From: an uncultured Thermoplasmata archaeon
Lineage (GTDB): Archaea; Thermoplasmatota; DTKX01; GCA-020343715
Assembly (NCBI GenBank): GCA_964353355.1
Contig: CAYGVT010000032.1
Coordinates: forward strand, 161 to 64,160
Direction of reading: 5' to 3'
Length of the DNA: 64,000 nt
The notes under the pieces are model-generated. The model did no database searches, was not told the DNA's origin, and saw only the letters and a list, made by a program, of their open reading frames with translations. A program made the translations under genes and the position numbers. Every line of letters starts with the position of its first letter. Positions within the stretch are counted from its first letter, which is position 1. Positions 38,087 through 47,858 of the stretch are shown here, in pieces.

Positions 38087-38977
38087 CTAGCGCGAGCCGG
38101 GCTGGGCGTTCCTATGGGCCTCGACCCTGCGCGCGACCTCGGCACCCGTGAGCACGCCGGATTCGGTCACGATCCCCCTCACGAGCGAAAGGGGCACGCG
38201 CTCGTAGTAGACGTTCTCGACCGTCACGCCCTGCATCGGAGCGGCGACCTCCTCGGCTGGCTTCGGGGGCTCCTCCTCGGGCAGCATCGACGCGTTCAGC
38301 ATCTTGTGCGTCGAGGACAGCAGATAGGCGGGCACCTTGAACTGGTTGGCGCATACGACGAGCGCGAGCGTGCCGAGCTTGTTCACGAAGTAGTCGGGGC
38401 ACAGCGCGTCGCAGCCGACGAGCACCGCGTCCGCCCTGGGCACGAAGCTCGCCACGCCCGCGTCGACGATGAGCGTGCTGGCTATGCCGACCTCCCCGAG
38501 CGCGCGGGCGAGCTGCACGCCCTCGCGGACCGGCCTCGACTCCACGACGATGGTCCGCACCTCGGCACCGCCCTCCGCGAGGGAGCGCAGCGATGCATAG
38601 ACCGTCGCCGAGTACGAGTTGGTCATCATCACGCCGCCCTTGGGGAAGAGCGCGCGCACGTGCTGCGAGATGCGGTCGTTGCTGTTGCGCAGCTCCCATA
38701 GCAGGCCCTCGAGCCGGCGGTGGACCTCGTCGGGCGTGAATCCCCTCGCGGCCTCCATGCCCACGTCCCTGACGAGGGCCATGAAGGGATGCGCCTTGGC
38801 CGCGCGGCCGGCCCAGATGGCGACCTGCTCCCCCATGGGACTCCCGTGGGCCTGGGCGGTCACCGCCGCCTCCTCCAGGAGCCGGGCAGTCTTCTCCGCC
38901 ATCTTGACCGAGCCCGAGACGTTGTCGCGCTCGATGTCCCTCAGCATCTGCTCGAGCCGGTCGCCCTGCTGCGTCAT
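38087..38977 (-). CDS. eIF-2B alpha/beta/delta family protein
   Basis: TNSYS, VVESRPVREG, LIVDAG, VLVGCDA, NKLGT, NVYYERVP, IVTESG. Confidence 0.88.
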   Translation of the reverse strand: MTQQGDRLEQMLRDIERDNVSGSVKMAEKTARLLEEAAVTAQAHGSPMGEQVAIWAGRAAKAHPFMALVRDVGMEAARGFTPDEVHRRLEGLLWELRNSNDRISQHVRALFPKGGVMMTNSYSATVYASLRSLAEGGAEVRTIVVESRPVREGVQLARALGEVGIASTLIVDAGVASFVPRADAVLVGCDALCPDYFVNKLGTLALVVCANQFKVPAYLLSSTHKMLNASMLPEEEPPKPAEEVAAPMQGVTVENVYYERVPLSLVRGIVTESGVLTGAEVARRVEAHRNAQPGSR

Positions 38978-39038
38978 CGCAAGACGCAATGGGACGAGGG
39001 GTAAAAAGGCTTTGCAATCGCACTCCGCATTGGGCACC

Positions 39039-40340
39039 TCATCCGCGCAGGTCGACCGTCTCCTCGCGGCCGGGTCCGACGCCCACGATGGTTATGGGCA
39101 CCTCGAGCTCCTCCTCGATGAGCGACACGTAGTCGCGGGCGGCCTTGGGCAGCGCATCCATGCCCTCCTTTGCCGCGCGCCTCCACTGGTCCCTGCCGGG
39201 GTCCTTCCAGCCATCGAGCTCGATGTACTGCGGCTCGCACTCAGCGAAGAGCCGCATGTCGGCGGGCGGGTGCTTGAGCGTCTGCCCGCGCGCCTTGTAG
39301 GACACGCACAGCTTCAACTTGGGCAGGCCCGAGAGGATGTCGAGCTTGGTGAGCGCGATGGACGTGAGCCCGCACAGCATGTGCGAGTACCTCACGAGGT
39401 TCAGGTCGAGCCAGCCGCACCTGCGCGGCCGGCCGGTCGTGGTGCCGTACTCCTTCCCGACCTCTCGCAGGTGCTCGCCCACATCGCCCTTCTGCTCGGT
39501 CGGGACGGGTCCCGCGCCCACCCGCGACACGTAGGCCTTGACGACCCCGACAACCTCGTCGATGGCGGACGGGGGTACGCCCGCGCCAGTGCACGCCGAG
39601 CCTGTGATGCAGTTGGAGCTCGTGCCGTAGGGATAGATGCCATGGTCGATGTCCAGGTGCACGCCCTGAGCGCCCTCGAACAGCACCTGCGCACCCCGCC
39701 CGAGCGCGTCGTTGATGAGCACGGACGTGTCCTCTATGTACGGGACGAGGCGCTGTGCCCATGCCTCGCACATCGAGAAGACCGCGTCGAGCTCTGGCCT
39801 GGGGTCGTCCTCGATGCCCAGCACGTCGATGACCTGTTGCTTCATCGGCACGAGGATGCCAAGCTTGCGCCGCGTCTCCTCCAGGTCGAGCAGGTCCCCC
39901 GCGCGCAGCCCGAACCGTGCGACCTTGTCCTGGTAGCACGGCCCGATGCCCCTGCGCGTCGTGCCCGCGGCAAGGTTTCCCTTCAGCCGCTCCTCGATGC
40001 CGTCGAGCGTGCGGTGGTAGGGCATGATGAGGTGGGCCCTGTCGCTGAGCGACAGGTGGGAGATCGCGTGCCCCCTTGCGGCGAGCTCATCCATCTCCTT
40101 GAGCAGCACGTCCGGGTCGACGACCACGCCGTTGCCGATGATGACGTGCTTGCCTGGGTGCATGACCCCGGACGGCATGAGGTGGAGCTTGACCGTCTCC
40201 CCGCCCACGACGATGGTGTGGCCGGCGTTGTTGCCGCCGTTGAACCGGACGATCATCTCGGAGTCCGCGGCGTAGAAGTCCACGACCTTGCCCTTGCCCT
40301 CGTCCCCCCACTGGGTCCCGATGACAACCGCTGCCGGCAT
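39039..40340 (-). CDS. purA: Adenylosuccinate synthetase
   Basis: GTQWGDEGKGK, GGNNAGHT, GTTRRGIGP, FEGAQG, EYGTTTGRPRRCGWLD. Confidence 0.98.
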   Translation of the reverse strand: MPAAVVIGTQWGDEGKGKVVDFYAADSEMIVRFNGGNNAGHTIVVGGETVKLHLMPSGVMHPGKHVIIGNGVVVDPDVLLKEMDELAARGHAISHLSLSDRAHLIMPYHRTLDGIEERLKGNLAAGTTRRGIGPCYQDKVARFGLRAGDLLDLEETRRKLGILVPMKQQVIDVLGIEDDPRPELDAVFSMCEAWAQRLVPYIEDTSVLINDALGRGAQVLFEGAQGVHLDIDHGIYPYGTSSNCITGSACTGAGVPPSAIDEVVGVVKAYVSRVGAGPVPTEQKGDVGEHLREVGKEYGTTTGRPRRCGWLDLNLVRYSHMLCGLTSIALTKLDILSGLPKLKLCVSYKARGQTLKHPPADMRLFAECEPQYIELDGWKDPGRDQWRRAAKEGMDALPKAARDYVSLIEEELEVPITIVGVGPGREETVDLRG

Positions 40341-40411
40341 AGTGACCAGCTCCGCATCCGGGTCCATCTAGATATTGGTTGCGTCCTTCAATCAAGTCGA
40401 CCCATACAAAG

Positions 40412-40437
40412 TAATTGACTCTAATTGACTTAATATC
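40412..40437 (-). promoter_or_regulatory. Tandem TAATTGACT direct repeat next to the putative purA TATA
   Basis: TAATTGACT at 40412-40420 and 40422-40430 (10-bp period), abutting minus-strand 'gatattaag'. Confidence 0.5.
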
Positions 40438-40495
40438 ATCATTCCATGGGACCCTCTAGCTGTGACCGATTGGCGCTCCGCCCTCGAGGCCGGGC

Positions 40496-41650
40496 TCACT
40501 TCTTGGGCCTCGGCACGGCCTTCTTGATTCGGTCGATGCCCTCGACGCACTTCTCGTAGGCGGTCGCGTAGGAGAACCGCATGTACCCCTCGCCGAACGT
40601 GAAGTCAGCTCCGGGGATGACCATCACATTCGCCTCCGTGAACAGGTGCTTGCTGAGGTCGCGCGTGGGCATGCCGAGCGCGCTCACGTCCACGAAGGCG
40701 TAGAACGCGCCCTCTGGCTCGGGGCACTTGAAGCCGGGGATGGAGCTCAGGCCGTCGCGCACCATCACGCGCCGGCGGTCGTACTCCTTGACCATGCTGT
40801 CGACGTGCGGCCGGCACTCCTTGAGGCCCACGAGCGCGGCGTCGTAGCCGAAGCTCACGACGCAGGTCGTCGCGTGCATGTGGACGAGCTTCATGGAGCC
40901 GATGAGGTCCGCCGTCGCGTGCATGTAGCCTATCCTCCAGCCCGTCATCGCGTAGGCCTTGGAGAAGCCGTTCACGGTGACGGTGCGGTCCCGCATGTCC
41001 GGGAAGGAGGCGATGGACACGTGCTTGCGGCCGCCGTAGACCATGTACTCGTATATCTCGTCGGAGATGACCACGAAGTCATGGTCGACGGCGAGGTCGG
41101 CGATGGCGCGGAACTCCTCTTTGTCGAAGACCGCGCCCGTCGGGTTGTTGGGTGAGTTGAGGATGATGGCCTTCGTGCGGTTGCTGACCGCGGATTTGAT
41201 GGCCTCGATGTCAGGATGGTAGTTGTCCGACCGGACCTTGATGGGCACTGGCTTGCCGCCCGCGATGGCCACCATGGCGTCGTACGAGGGCCATGCGGGC
41301 GAAGGGATGATGACCTCGTCGCCAACGTCCGTGAGCGCGAGCACCGCATCGAAGATGGCCTCCTTGGCGCCGATGGTCACGACGACCTCCTTCGGGTCGG
41401 CCGCAATGCCGTTCTCCGCCTTGAGCTTGGCAGCGATGGCATCCCTGAGGGAGAGCCTGCCGTCCGAGTCCACGTAGTGCGTGTCGCCCTTGACCATGGA
41501 CGTGATGGCCGCCTGTTTGATGGGGTCAGGCGTGTCGAAGTCAGGTTCGCCCACGGTGAACCTGATGACTCCCGGCGGTGGTGGTCCGAACAGGCCATAG
41601 AATCCCTTGCCTACGTTCTTCATCTTGGTGGAGAGGCGAACCATTCCCAT
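40496..41650 (-). CDS. Class I/II PLP-dependent (aspartate-type) aminotransferase
   Basis: GEPDFDTP, GAKEAI, NSPNNPTG, SDEIY, NGFSKAYAMTGWRIGY. Confidence 0.95.
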   Translation of the reverse strand: MGMVRLSTKMKNVGKGFYGLFGPPPPGVIRFTVGEPDFDTPDPIKQAAITSMVKGDTHYVDSDGRLSLRDAIAAKLKAENGIAADPKEVVVTIGAKEAIFDAVLALTDVGDEVIIPSPAWPSYDAMVAIAGGKPVPIKVRSDNYHPDIEAIKSAVSNRTKAIILNSPNNPTGAVFDKEEFRAIADLAVDHDFVVISDEIYEYMVYGGRKHVSIASFPDMRDRTVTVNGFSKAYAMTGWRIGYMHATADLIGSMKLVHMHATTCVVSFGYDAALVGLKECRPHVDSMVKEYDRRRVMVRDGLSSIPGFKCPEPEGAFYAFVDVSALGMPTRDLSKHLFTEANVMVIPGADFTFGEGYMRFSYATAYEKCVEGIDRIKKAVPRPKK

Positions 41651-41776
41651 TCCTCTGCCCTCCGTACTGCGCAATCGGGATATCTGGATTGCGTGGCACG
41701 ATGTGCCACGGCGCGCTCTAGCATTCCGTGAGGGTGATATACCCCGCCCGCGATACCCATGCTGGAGGCGTGCTGG

Positions 41777-43102
41777 ATGTTCAGGAACGAGGGCGAGCTC
41801 CTCTCCGAGGGGAACGCCAAGCAGCGCGCGGACGCGCTTAGTATTCTCGAGGCGGGCATCGCCGCGGTCGACCCTTACAGGTCCATCATGGACTTCGTGA
41901 AGGTCAGAGACGGGAGGCTCACCGTCGCGGACGAGCGGTACGACCTGTCCAAGGTGGAACGCGTCATCGTGCTCGGGGCGGGCAAGGCCGCGGTGCCCAT
42001 GGTGAGGGCCGTCGTGGACCTGCTCGGCGAGCGCGCGGAGGGGCACGCGAACGCGCTCGAGGAAGCGAGGGTCGGCCGCGTCGAGGTGTCGCGCGCGACG
42101 CATCCCATCCCGGGCGAGGAGGGCGTGCGTGGCTCGCGGCGGATCATGGCGCTCGCGCGGTCCGCGACCGAGCGGGACCTGGTGCTGTGCCTCATCTCCG
42201 GGGGCGGGAGCGCGCTCATGCCCCTGCCCGAGGAGGGGCTCACGCTCCAGGACAAGATGTCCATGACGGAGCTCCTGCTGAAGTGCGGGGCGACCATCCA
42301 GGAGCTGAACTGCGTCCGGAAGCACATCTCCGCCATCAAGGGAGGCAAGCTCGCCCGCGCGGCCACGCCCGCCCCGCTCGCGAGCCTCATCCTCTCCGAC
42401 GTCATCGGCGACCCCCTCGATTCCATCGCGTCCGGCCCCACAGCCCCGGACACGACATCTTACGGGGACGCGCGTGGCATCCTGAAGAGGTACGCCGTGT
42501 GGGACCGCGCGCCGGAGGCCGTGCGACGGCACCTGGATGCGGCCAAGTACGAGACGCCCAAGCCCGGCGACCCGATCTTCGCCAAGGTGCGCAACGTGCT
42601 CATCGGCAACAACAAGAAGTCGCAGCGCGCCATGGTCGTGAGGGCCATGGAGCTCGGCTACGCCACCTTCGAGGTCGGGCCCTACGTGCTCGGCGACTCC
42701 AGGGAGGCCGCGCCGAGGTTGCTCGGGCAGGCGAGGGCGCTCGCAGGCGATGATAGGCCCGCGGCCGTGGTCGCGGGGGGCGAGACCACGGTCGTCGTAA
42801 GGGGGAAGGGGCGGGGGGGTCGCAACCAGGAGATGGCGCTCGTCTCGCTGGGCCTGCTCCAGGAGGGGGAGCTGTTCGCTGCCGCGGGCACCGATGGCAT
42901 CGACGGCAAGAGCCCCGCCGCGGGCTCCCTCGCGGACGCTGTCGTCGCGGCGAGGGCCAGGTCGAAGGGCCTGGACGCGGCGCCCTTCCTCGCCGACAAC
43001 GACTCCACCGCGTTCTTCGAGGCCGCGGGGGGGCTGCTGCTCACCGGCCCGACCGGCACGAACGTCGCCGACATCGAGCTCTTCCTCGCCGGCGCCCCGT
43101 GA
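41777..43102 (+). CDS. Glycerate 2-kinase (MOFRL family)
   Basis: GAGKA, THPIP, LISGGGSAL, RKHISAIKGG, SDVIGD..SIASGPT, GGETTV, GGRNQE, GTDGIDG, TGPTGTNV. Confidence 0.94.
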   Translation: MFRNEGELLSEGNAKQRADALSILEAGIAAVDPYRSIMDFVKVRDGRLTVADERYDLSKVERVIVLGAGKAAVPMVRAVVDLLGERAEGHANALEEARVGRVEVSRATHPIPGEEGVRGSRRIMALARSATERDLVLCLISGGGSALMPLPEEGLTLQDKMSMTELLLKCGATIQELNCVRKHISAIKGGKLARAATPAPLASLILSDVIGDPLDSIASGPTAPDTTSYGDARGILKRYAVWDRAPEAVRRHLDAAKYETPKPGDPIFAKVRNVLIGNNKKSQRAMVVRAMELGYATFEVGPYVLGDSREAAPRLLGQARALAGDDRPAAVVAGGETTVVVRGKGRGGRNQEMALVSLGLLQEGELFAAAGTDGIDGKSPAAGSLADAVVAARARSKGLDAAPFLADNDSTAFFEAAGGLLLTGPTGTNVADIELFLAGAP

Positions 43103-43259
43103 GGCGTTCCAGGGGGGGGCGGGATGGCCTGGACGAGCAGCTAGCGCCCTCGCGCTCCCGCAACTACTTAACCTTAAATATACAAACGATATTCCCCCCC
43201 TGCCGGTGCCGGTCCTGGCCGTGCTGGATGGTGCGGGGGACCAGCTCGGAGGTGTCTAA

Positions 43260-44510
43260 ATGCCCGAGGAAATGAACCCGTTCAAGATCGCCCAGAGCCA
43301 GGTGGAAGAGGTCGCGAAGATCCTGAAGCTTGACGCTGGGATGACTGAGTTCCTGAAGAACCCACAGCGCGAGCTCCACGTGAGCTTCCCCGTGAGGATG
43401 GACAGCGGCGCTGTCCAGGTCTACCACGGCTACCGTGTTCAGCACAACATGGTCCGTGGCCCGACCAAGGGGGGCATCCGCTACCACCCCGAAACGAACA
43501 TCGACGAGGTGCGCGCGTTGTCCATGTGGATGACCTGGAAGTGCGCGGTCGTGGGCATCCCCTACGGCGGAGCCAAGGGTGGCGTCACGTGCAACCCCAA
43601 GAAGCTCTCCCAGGGCGAGCTCGAGCGCCTCACGCGCCGGTTCGCGCACGAGATCAGCATCATCATGGACCCCAAGGGCGACATCCCCGCCCCCGACGTC
43701 TACACCAACCCCCAGACCATGGCGTGGATCATGGACACCTTCTCGATGGAGAGGGGCTACCCCGCGCCCGCGGTCATCACCGGCAAGCCGATTGCCATCG
43801 GCGGCTCCAAGGGGCGCAATGAGGCCACCGCCCGCGGCTGCGTCTTCGTCATCCGCGAGGCGTGCAAGAAGGTCGGCCTCAACATCAAGAAGGCCACCGT
43901 CGCCATTCAGGGCTACGGCAACGCCGGCTCCATCGCGGGCTACCTGCTGGCCGACATGGGCGCGAAGATCGTGGCGGCGTCCGACAGCAAGGGCGGCGTC
44001 ATCAACCTGAAGGGCATCGACCCCCGGAAGCTCATCGCGCACAAGGAGAAGACCGGCTCCGTCATCGGCTTCCCTGGCTCCAAGCAGATCACCAACGAGG
44101 AGCTCCTCGAGCTCGACGTGGACATCCTGGTCCCCGCGGCCCTCGAGAACGTGATCACGGAGAAGAACGCCGCGAACGTGAAGGCCAAGATCATCGGCGA
44201 GGCCGCGAACGGCCCGACGACCCCTGGCGCGGACAGGATCCTTTACAAGAAGGGCGTCCTGGTCCTCCCCGACATCCTCGCGAACGCCGGCGGCGTGACC
44301 GTCAGCTACTTCGAGTGGGTGCAGGGCCTCTACTGGTTCTGGTGGAGCGAGGAGGAGGTCAACAGGAAGCTCGAGACCATCATGGTCGACGCCTTCGAGG
44401 CCGTCTACAAGATCTCCAAGGAGAAGAAGATCAACATGCGCCAGGCCGCGTACGTGGTGGCCATGGGCCGCGTGGTCGAGGCCGCGAAGCTCCGCGGGTT
44501 CTACCCATAG
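43260..44510 (+). CDS. gdhA: Glutamate dehydrogenase
   Basis: GPTKGGIRYHP, GGAKGG, DIPAPDV, QGYGNAG, EAANGP, ANAGGVTVSYFEW; GGAGGT RBS and upstream TATA. Confidence 0.97.
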   Translation: MPEEMNPFKIAQSQVEEVAKILKLDAGMTEFLKNPQRELHVSFPVRMDSGAVQVYHGYRVQHNMVRGPTKGGIRYHPETNIDEVRALSMWMTWKCAVVGIPYGGAKGGVTCNPKKLSQGELERLTRRFAHEISIIMDPKGDIPAPDVYTNPQTMAWIMDTFSMERGYPAPAVITGKPIAIGGSKGRNEATARGCVFVIREACKKVGLNIKKATVAIQGYGNAGSIAGYLLADMGAKIVAASDSKGGVINLKGIDPRKLIAHKEKTGSVIGFPGSKQITNEELLELDVDILVPAALENVITEKNAANVKAKIIGEAANGPTTPGADRILYKKGVLVLPDILANAGGVTVSYFEWVQGLYWFWWSEEEVNRKLETIMVDAFEAVYKISKEKKINMRQAAYVVAMGRVVEAAKLRGFYP

Positions 44511-44527
44511 ACGCCTGTCCGACGAAC

Positions 44528-44570
44528 GAGGGGGGGTGCGGCTCTGCCGCCCCCCTCTTTACCTTTTTTC
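44528..44570 (+). terminator. GC hairpin plus T-rich tract after gdhA
   Basis: gagggggggtgcggc / gccgcccccctc followed by tttacctttttt. Confidence 0.7.
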
Positions 44571-44693
44571 CCACCCCCACACATCCAGCCTTGGCCCTTC
44601 ATCGGCCGGCACCATCCGGCACGGGAAAGGCGCCTGGCCGTCGGGTGCCCTAGAAGGAAAGTAATAATAACTGGCCATGCGGTTTGGGCATGC

Positions 44694-47600
44694 ATGGCCC
44701 GCCGAGCCTTCGCCAGACTTGCACTCGTGTTGCTTGTCCTCCTGCTCACGCCCACTGCAGCGGTCTGCGTCGCCGCGGAGGCCCCGTCCCGAGGTGGGGA
44801 CGCCGACGAGTACCGCACCGTGGACGGCTACCGCACCTACGACGAGGTCGTCACGGAGCTTCGCGCGCTCGCCCTCGCCCACCCCGACGTGGTCTCGCTC
44901 ATGGACCTGGGCGCGGTGTTCCCCAACGAGGACGGCTCGCCCAAGACGACATGGAGGGGCAACCACATCTGGGCCATCAAGGTCTCGGACAACCCGAACA
45001 TCAACGAATCCGATGAGCCGAAGCTCCTCTACACGGGCACCCACCACGCCCGCGAGTGGATCACCATCGAGGCCGTGATGTACGCGGCCAACCGCATCAT
45101 ATCCCAGCACGACAACAACGCCACCATCACGAGCCTTGTCAACTCGCGCGAGATGTGGTTCGTGCCCATCGTCAACCCCGACGGTTTCATCTATACCCAG
45201 GAGGAGCAGTGGCCTGTGACGGACCAGGGCACTCTGTGGCGCAAGAACTTCCGAGACAACGGCGACGGCACGTTCGGCGTGGACCTCAACCGCAACTACG
45301 GCTACGCCTGGGGCTACAACAACCAGGGCTCGAGCCAGTTCCCCGCAGACGAGACCTACCGGGGACCCGCCCCCTTCTCGGAGCCCGAGACGCAGATCAT
45401 CCGCGACCTGGGCGAGGCCATCCGCTTCTCGGGGGCCATCACGTTCCACTCCTTCTCCAACGTCATGGGCTTCCCCTGGTCCCACAAAATCGCCCACACC
45501 GACGACCACCTGCTGTTCAAGGAGCTCGGGCGCAGGTTCTCGAGCTACAACGGGTACGACTACGGCGACTTGAGGGACGGCATCCTGTACGACGTCAACG
45601 GCGACTTCACCGAGTGGTTCTACGCGAACACGAGCTGCCTCGCCTTCACGTTCGAGATCGGCCCAGCGCCCATATTCATCCCGCCGACGGCCGATATCCT
45701 GGGCCACTGCCAGGACAACTACGAGCCGGTGCTCATCCTGGCCCGTTACGCCGACGACTGGTACAACATGTTCCAATCAGGCATCAGGTGCACGGTGGAG
45801 GACCCCCGCGGCAACCACATCGAGGGCGCCGAGGTCGAGGTGAGCCTTCTCGGCGACGACAAGCTGCACTTCACCACGGGCGCGGACGGGACCTTCTCGT
45901 TCAGGGCCCCCAGGGACGCGTCCTATCGCGTAGTGGTCACCTATCCTGGCTTCTCCGAGGGCAACGAGACGCTCCAGCCACTGTGGCAGGACCGCCTGAC
46001 GGACCTCAACATCACCATCAGGGACATTATACCGCCCGCCATCACGAAGGTCAGCGCGAGCAGCAAGGGCGAGTCCGGCACCAGCTTCGGCATCGGGCAG
46101 GCCGTGCGCGTCGACGTGTTCGAGCGCTCGAACGAGACCGGCCTCGAGGGCACCGTCACCATCCAGTCCTCCCTTGGCAACTACTACCACCGCCGCAAGC
46201 CCCTGACCTACGACGCCACGTCCAGGTCCTACTACTACGTGTGGGACACGACCGGCCGCGAGCCGAGGACGGACTACATCGTCATGTCGGAGCTGTGGGA
46301 CATCGACAACAACAAAGACGCGGACGGTGTGCTCGCGGGCCAGCCGGACCTCACGCTCGAGCTGCGCGACATTACCCCGCCGGCCGCGCCGAAGGGCCTC
46401 ACCGTCCAGGCACCGCCGGAGGGCGGGCGCCTCAGGGTCGCGTGGGACAAGAACACCGACGACACCGTCAACTACACGCTGCAGCGCAGGACGGGCACCG
46501 GTGGCGAGTGGGCGACCCTCATCGACCTCAAGGTCGATACGACCGAGTTCCTCGACCAGGGCCTAGAAAACGGCGTGACCTACTTCTACCGCATCCTGGC
46601 ATGGGACCGCGTGCCGCTATCGTCCCCGTGGTCTGCGCTCGCCTCAGGGGTCCCGCTGGACACCGTGCCTCCCGGGCCCGTGCTGAGCCTCCAGGTGTCC
46701 GCGCCACCCGAGGGCGGCCGCCTCGAGCTCGCGTGGCTTGAATCGAGGGACGACACGGCGATTTATGTGCTCCTGCGCGACGCGGGCGGCTCCTACGTCG
46801 AGGTCGCGCGCCTTCCCAGGGGCACGACCGCCTACGTCGACACGGACGTCGTGGACGAGCAGAGCTACATGTACCGGATCAAGGCGCTCGACCTGGCGCT
46901 CAACGAGGGGGAGCTGAGCGACGCCGTCATCGGAATGCCCCAGGACATCATACCTCCTGGCATGCCGTCACCGGGGAGGCTGCCATCGCTCACGAACTCG
47001 CTCGAGCTCCGGGTGAACGGCACCGCCGAGCCCATGGCCCTCGTGGACGTCCAGGTCAATGGTCAGATCGTCTCTGGCGATGCTGGCCTCCAGGCCGACG
47101 AGCAAGGCAACTGGAGCGGCACCGTCACGCTCGTGCCCAAGGAGAACCGCGTGCGGTTCCGTGCGCGCGACAGCGCGGGGAACCCGTCGGGCCTCACCGC
47201 GGAGGCGCTCGTCTACGTCGATGTCACGGCGCCCGTGATAGAGTTCCAGGAACCCGTTCCCCAGCAGAGGGCCGTGGAGCTCGACCAGGTAATAGACGTC
47301 AGGTTCTCCGAGGCCCTCGTGTCCTCGACCGTCACGGCGAAGGTGCTGCTTGAGGGCGGGCAGCCGGTGGGCTCCACCTTCACGTACGACGAGGAGGCGC
47401 ACACGCTCAGCATCGTCCCGTCCGGGAAGCTCGACAAGGGGACGGTCTACCAGGTCATCATCGACGGCACCGACAAGGCCGGCAACGCCCTGGAGGGCGG
47501 TGCGTTCTCGTTCTCGACCGTCGAGCCGAAGGCCCAGACGTCCGGCATGGGCATCGCCCTGCTCGTGGGGGTGCTGCTCCTCGTGGTCATCGTGGTCGTC

Positions 47601-47771
47601 GCGGTGCTGCTGCTCCTGCGCCGGCGCAGCACGGGCGCATCGGTCCGCAGGGCCCCACCGGAACGGAATTCCGCCGGCCCACCCCCTGCCGATGGCACCG
47701 ATTCTGGGGAGCCGGGGGAGGGGAGGCCGCCCGAGGCGCCCGCACACCCGCACGACTGGGAGGAGTACTAG
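44694..47771 (+). CDS. Membrane-anchored M14 zinc carboxypeptidase with FN3 and Ig-like domains
   Basis: Signal peptide; HHAREW, NPDG, WRKN, GVDLNRN, FSEPET, FHSF, FEIG; two FN3-like repeats; TM; tail ends DWEEY. Confidence 0.93.
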   Translation: MARRAFARLALVLLVLLLTPTAAVCVAAEAPSRGGDADEYRTVDGYRTYDEVVTELRALALAHPDVVSLMDLGAVFPNEDGSPKTTWRGNHIWAIKVSDNPNINESDEPKLLYTGTHHAREWITIEAVMYAANRIISQHDNNATITSLVNSREMWFVPIVNPDGFIYTQEEQWPVTDQGTLWRKNFRDNGDGTFGVDLNRNYGYAWGYNNQGSSQFPADETYRGPAPFSEPETQIIRDLGEAIRFSGAITFHSFSNVMGFPWSHKIAHTDDHLLFKELGRRFSSYNGYDYGDLRDGILYDVNGDFTEWFYANTSCLAFTFEIGPAPIFIPPTADILGHCQDNYEPVLILARYADDWYNMFQSGIRCTVEDPRGNHIEGAEVEVSLLGDDKLHFTTGADGTFSFRAPRDASYRVVVTYPGFSEGNETLQPLWQDRLTDLNITIRDIIPPAITKVSASSKGESGTSFGIGQAVRVDVFERSNETGLEGTVTIQSSLGNYYHRRKPLTYDATSRSYYYVWDTTGREPRTDYIVMSELWDIDNNKDADGVLAGQPDLTLELRDITPPAAPKGLTVQAPPEGGRLRVAWDKNTDDTVNYTLQRRTGTGGEWATLIDLKVDTTEFLDQGLENGVTYFYRILAWDRVPLSSPWSALASGVPLDTVPPGPVLSLQVSAPPEGGRLELAWLESRDDTAIYVLLRDAGGSYVEVARLPRGTTAYVDTDVVDEQSYMYRIKALDLALNEGELSDAVIGMPQDIIPPGMPSPGRLPSLTNSLELRVNGTAEPMALVDVQVNGQIVSGDAGLQADEQGNWSGTVTLVPKENRVRFRARDSAGNPSGLTAEALVYVDVTAPVIEFQEPVPQQRAVELDQVIDVRFSEALVSSTVTAKVLLEGGQPVGSTFTYDEEAHTLSIVPSGKLDKGTVYQVIIDGTDKAGNALEGGAFSFSTVEPKAQTSGMGIALLVGVLLLVVIVVVAVLLLLRRRSTGASVRRAPPERNSAGPPPADGTDSGEPGEGRPPEAPAHPHDWEEY

Positions 47772-47858
47772 GGGCCCGTCCTCATCCACAAGGTTTTAAT
47801 ATCTGGCTCCTGGTTCAATGGAAAGGGCCGCTCACCGCCAGGACCGGAGGCCGAGACG

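Noticed and set aside
41651..42532. Long N-terminal extension of the aminotransferase ORF
   Set aside because: Antisense to glycerate kinase; the family match begins near 41650.
43164..44042. Long antisense ORF over gdhA, and similar overlapping ORFs throughout the window
   Set aside because: Expected from strong GC3 bias; no protein motifs.
44499..44510. GDH C-terminus 'FYP' resembles a proteasome HbYX motif
   Set aside because: This is an ordinary GDH family terminus; only the PAC2 'MYG' is credible.
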